Shown here piece after piece: positions 63,546-64,000 of a stretch of DNA of 64,000 nt. The notes under the pieces are model-generated. The model did not search any database. It was not told where the DNA came from and worked only from the letters and a program-made list of their open reading frames with translations. Each line of letters starts with the position of its first letter. Positions within the stretch are counted from its first letter, which is position 1. Both the position numbers and the translations under genes were made by a program. The DNA is taken from assembly GCA_964016885.1 (NCBI GenBank), contig OZ024742.1:25048001-25112000 (forward strand), written 5' to 3'. The stretch comes from Eledone cirrhosa (taxonomy: Eukaryota).

Positions 63546-64000
63546 ACACAGATGATAATAGTATGGGGGAAAGGGGGGGGGGGGGGTGGAGAAGGGGATT
63601 ATAGTAAATATATGTTTCAAGAAACATAGAATATTATCCGTATCTGGATCCAATGTATGTTTTTACATAGTTTCAGTGTTAGGAAATACAATAAACAAGA
63701 AATAAGGCAAAATTTATGCATTTCAAAATAAATAAGTATACCATTAATTATATGTTAACTAAACTAAAGATAGTTAACATATTGATTTCTAAGGTGTAAA
63801 TTAGTTAGGTTTATAATATTTGAAGCAGAATTTTGAAGTTAAATAGTAGTAGAGTATTAATTATAGTATAACTAAATTAAAGTTAATAACGTTATGGTAT
63901 CAATATTAGGAAATGAATTTAGTAATAGGGAAAAAACAAATAAAGTATTACATCGGTAGTAGAATATAAATTATAGGTTAACTAAATTAAAAATTATATA

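Noticed and set aside
61431-63629. Many long YI/CV/HT-rich ORFs here and at 3050-4246, 5627-6057, 25798-27380 and 54246-54757
   Set aside because: Translations of di- and trinucleotide microsatellites

Overview
AT-rich, microsatellite-laden eukaryotic DNA dominated by transposable elements. The SINE and LINE types suggest an octopod cephalopod (inference). Almost all short ORFs in the track are translations of microsatellites. Real coding relics are a near-full-length R4/Dong-type non-LTR element (RT + CCHC + restriction-like endonuclease), three RTE-clade LINEs, a 5'-truncated Tx1/L1-type element with a 16-bp TSD and a Penelope-like RT remnant. Two tRNA-derived SINE families, Helitron-like elements, piggyBac-like MITEs and several minisatellites fill much of the rest. 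Two signals stand out. (1) At least six sequence-divergent minimal type I hammerhead ribozyme folds lie in short inserts between (TA)n tracts; most have a palindromic stem III and four share a non-canonical U.U at the base of stem II. One lies in a 422-bp repeat unit next to the Penelope-like RT, followed by a 254-bp palindrome. (2) A C4HC3 PHD finger is inserted inside the RT domain of the (TA)n-associated RTE LINEs. Host genes are represented only by two candidate small exons. All folds and alignments were done by eye, and many repeat boundaries are approximate.
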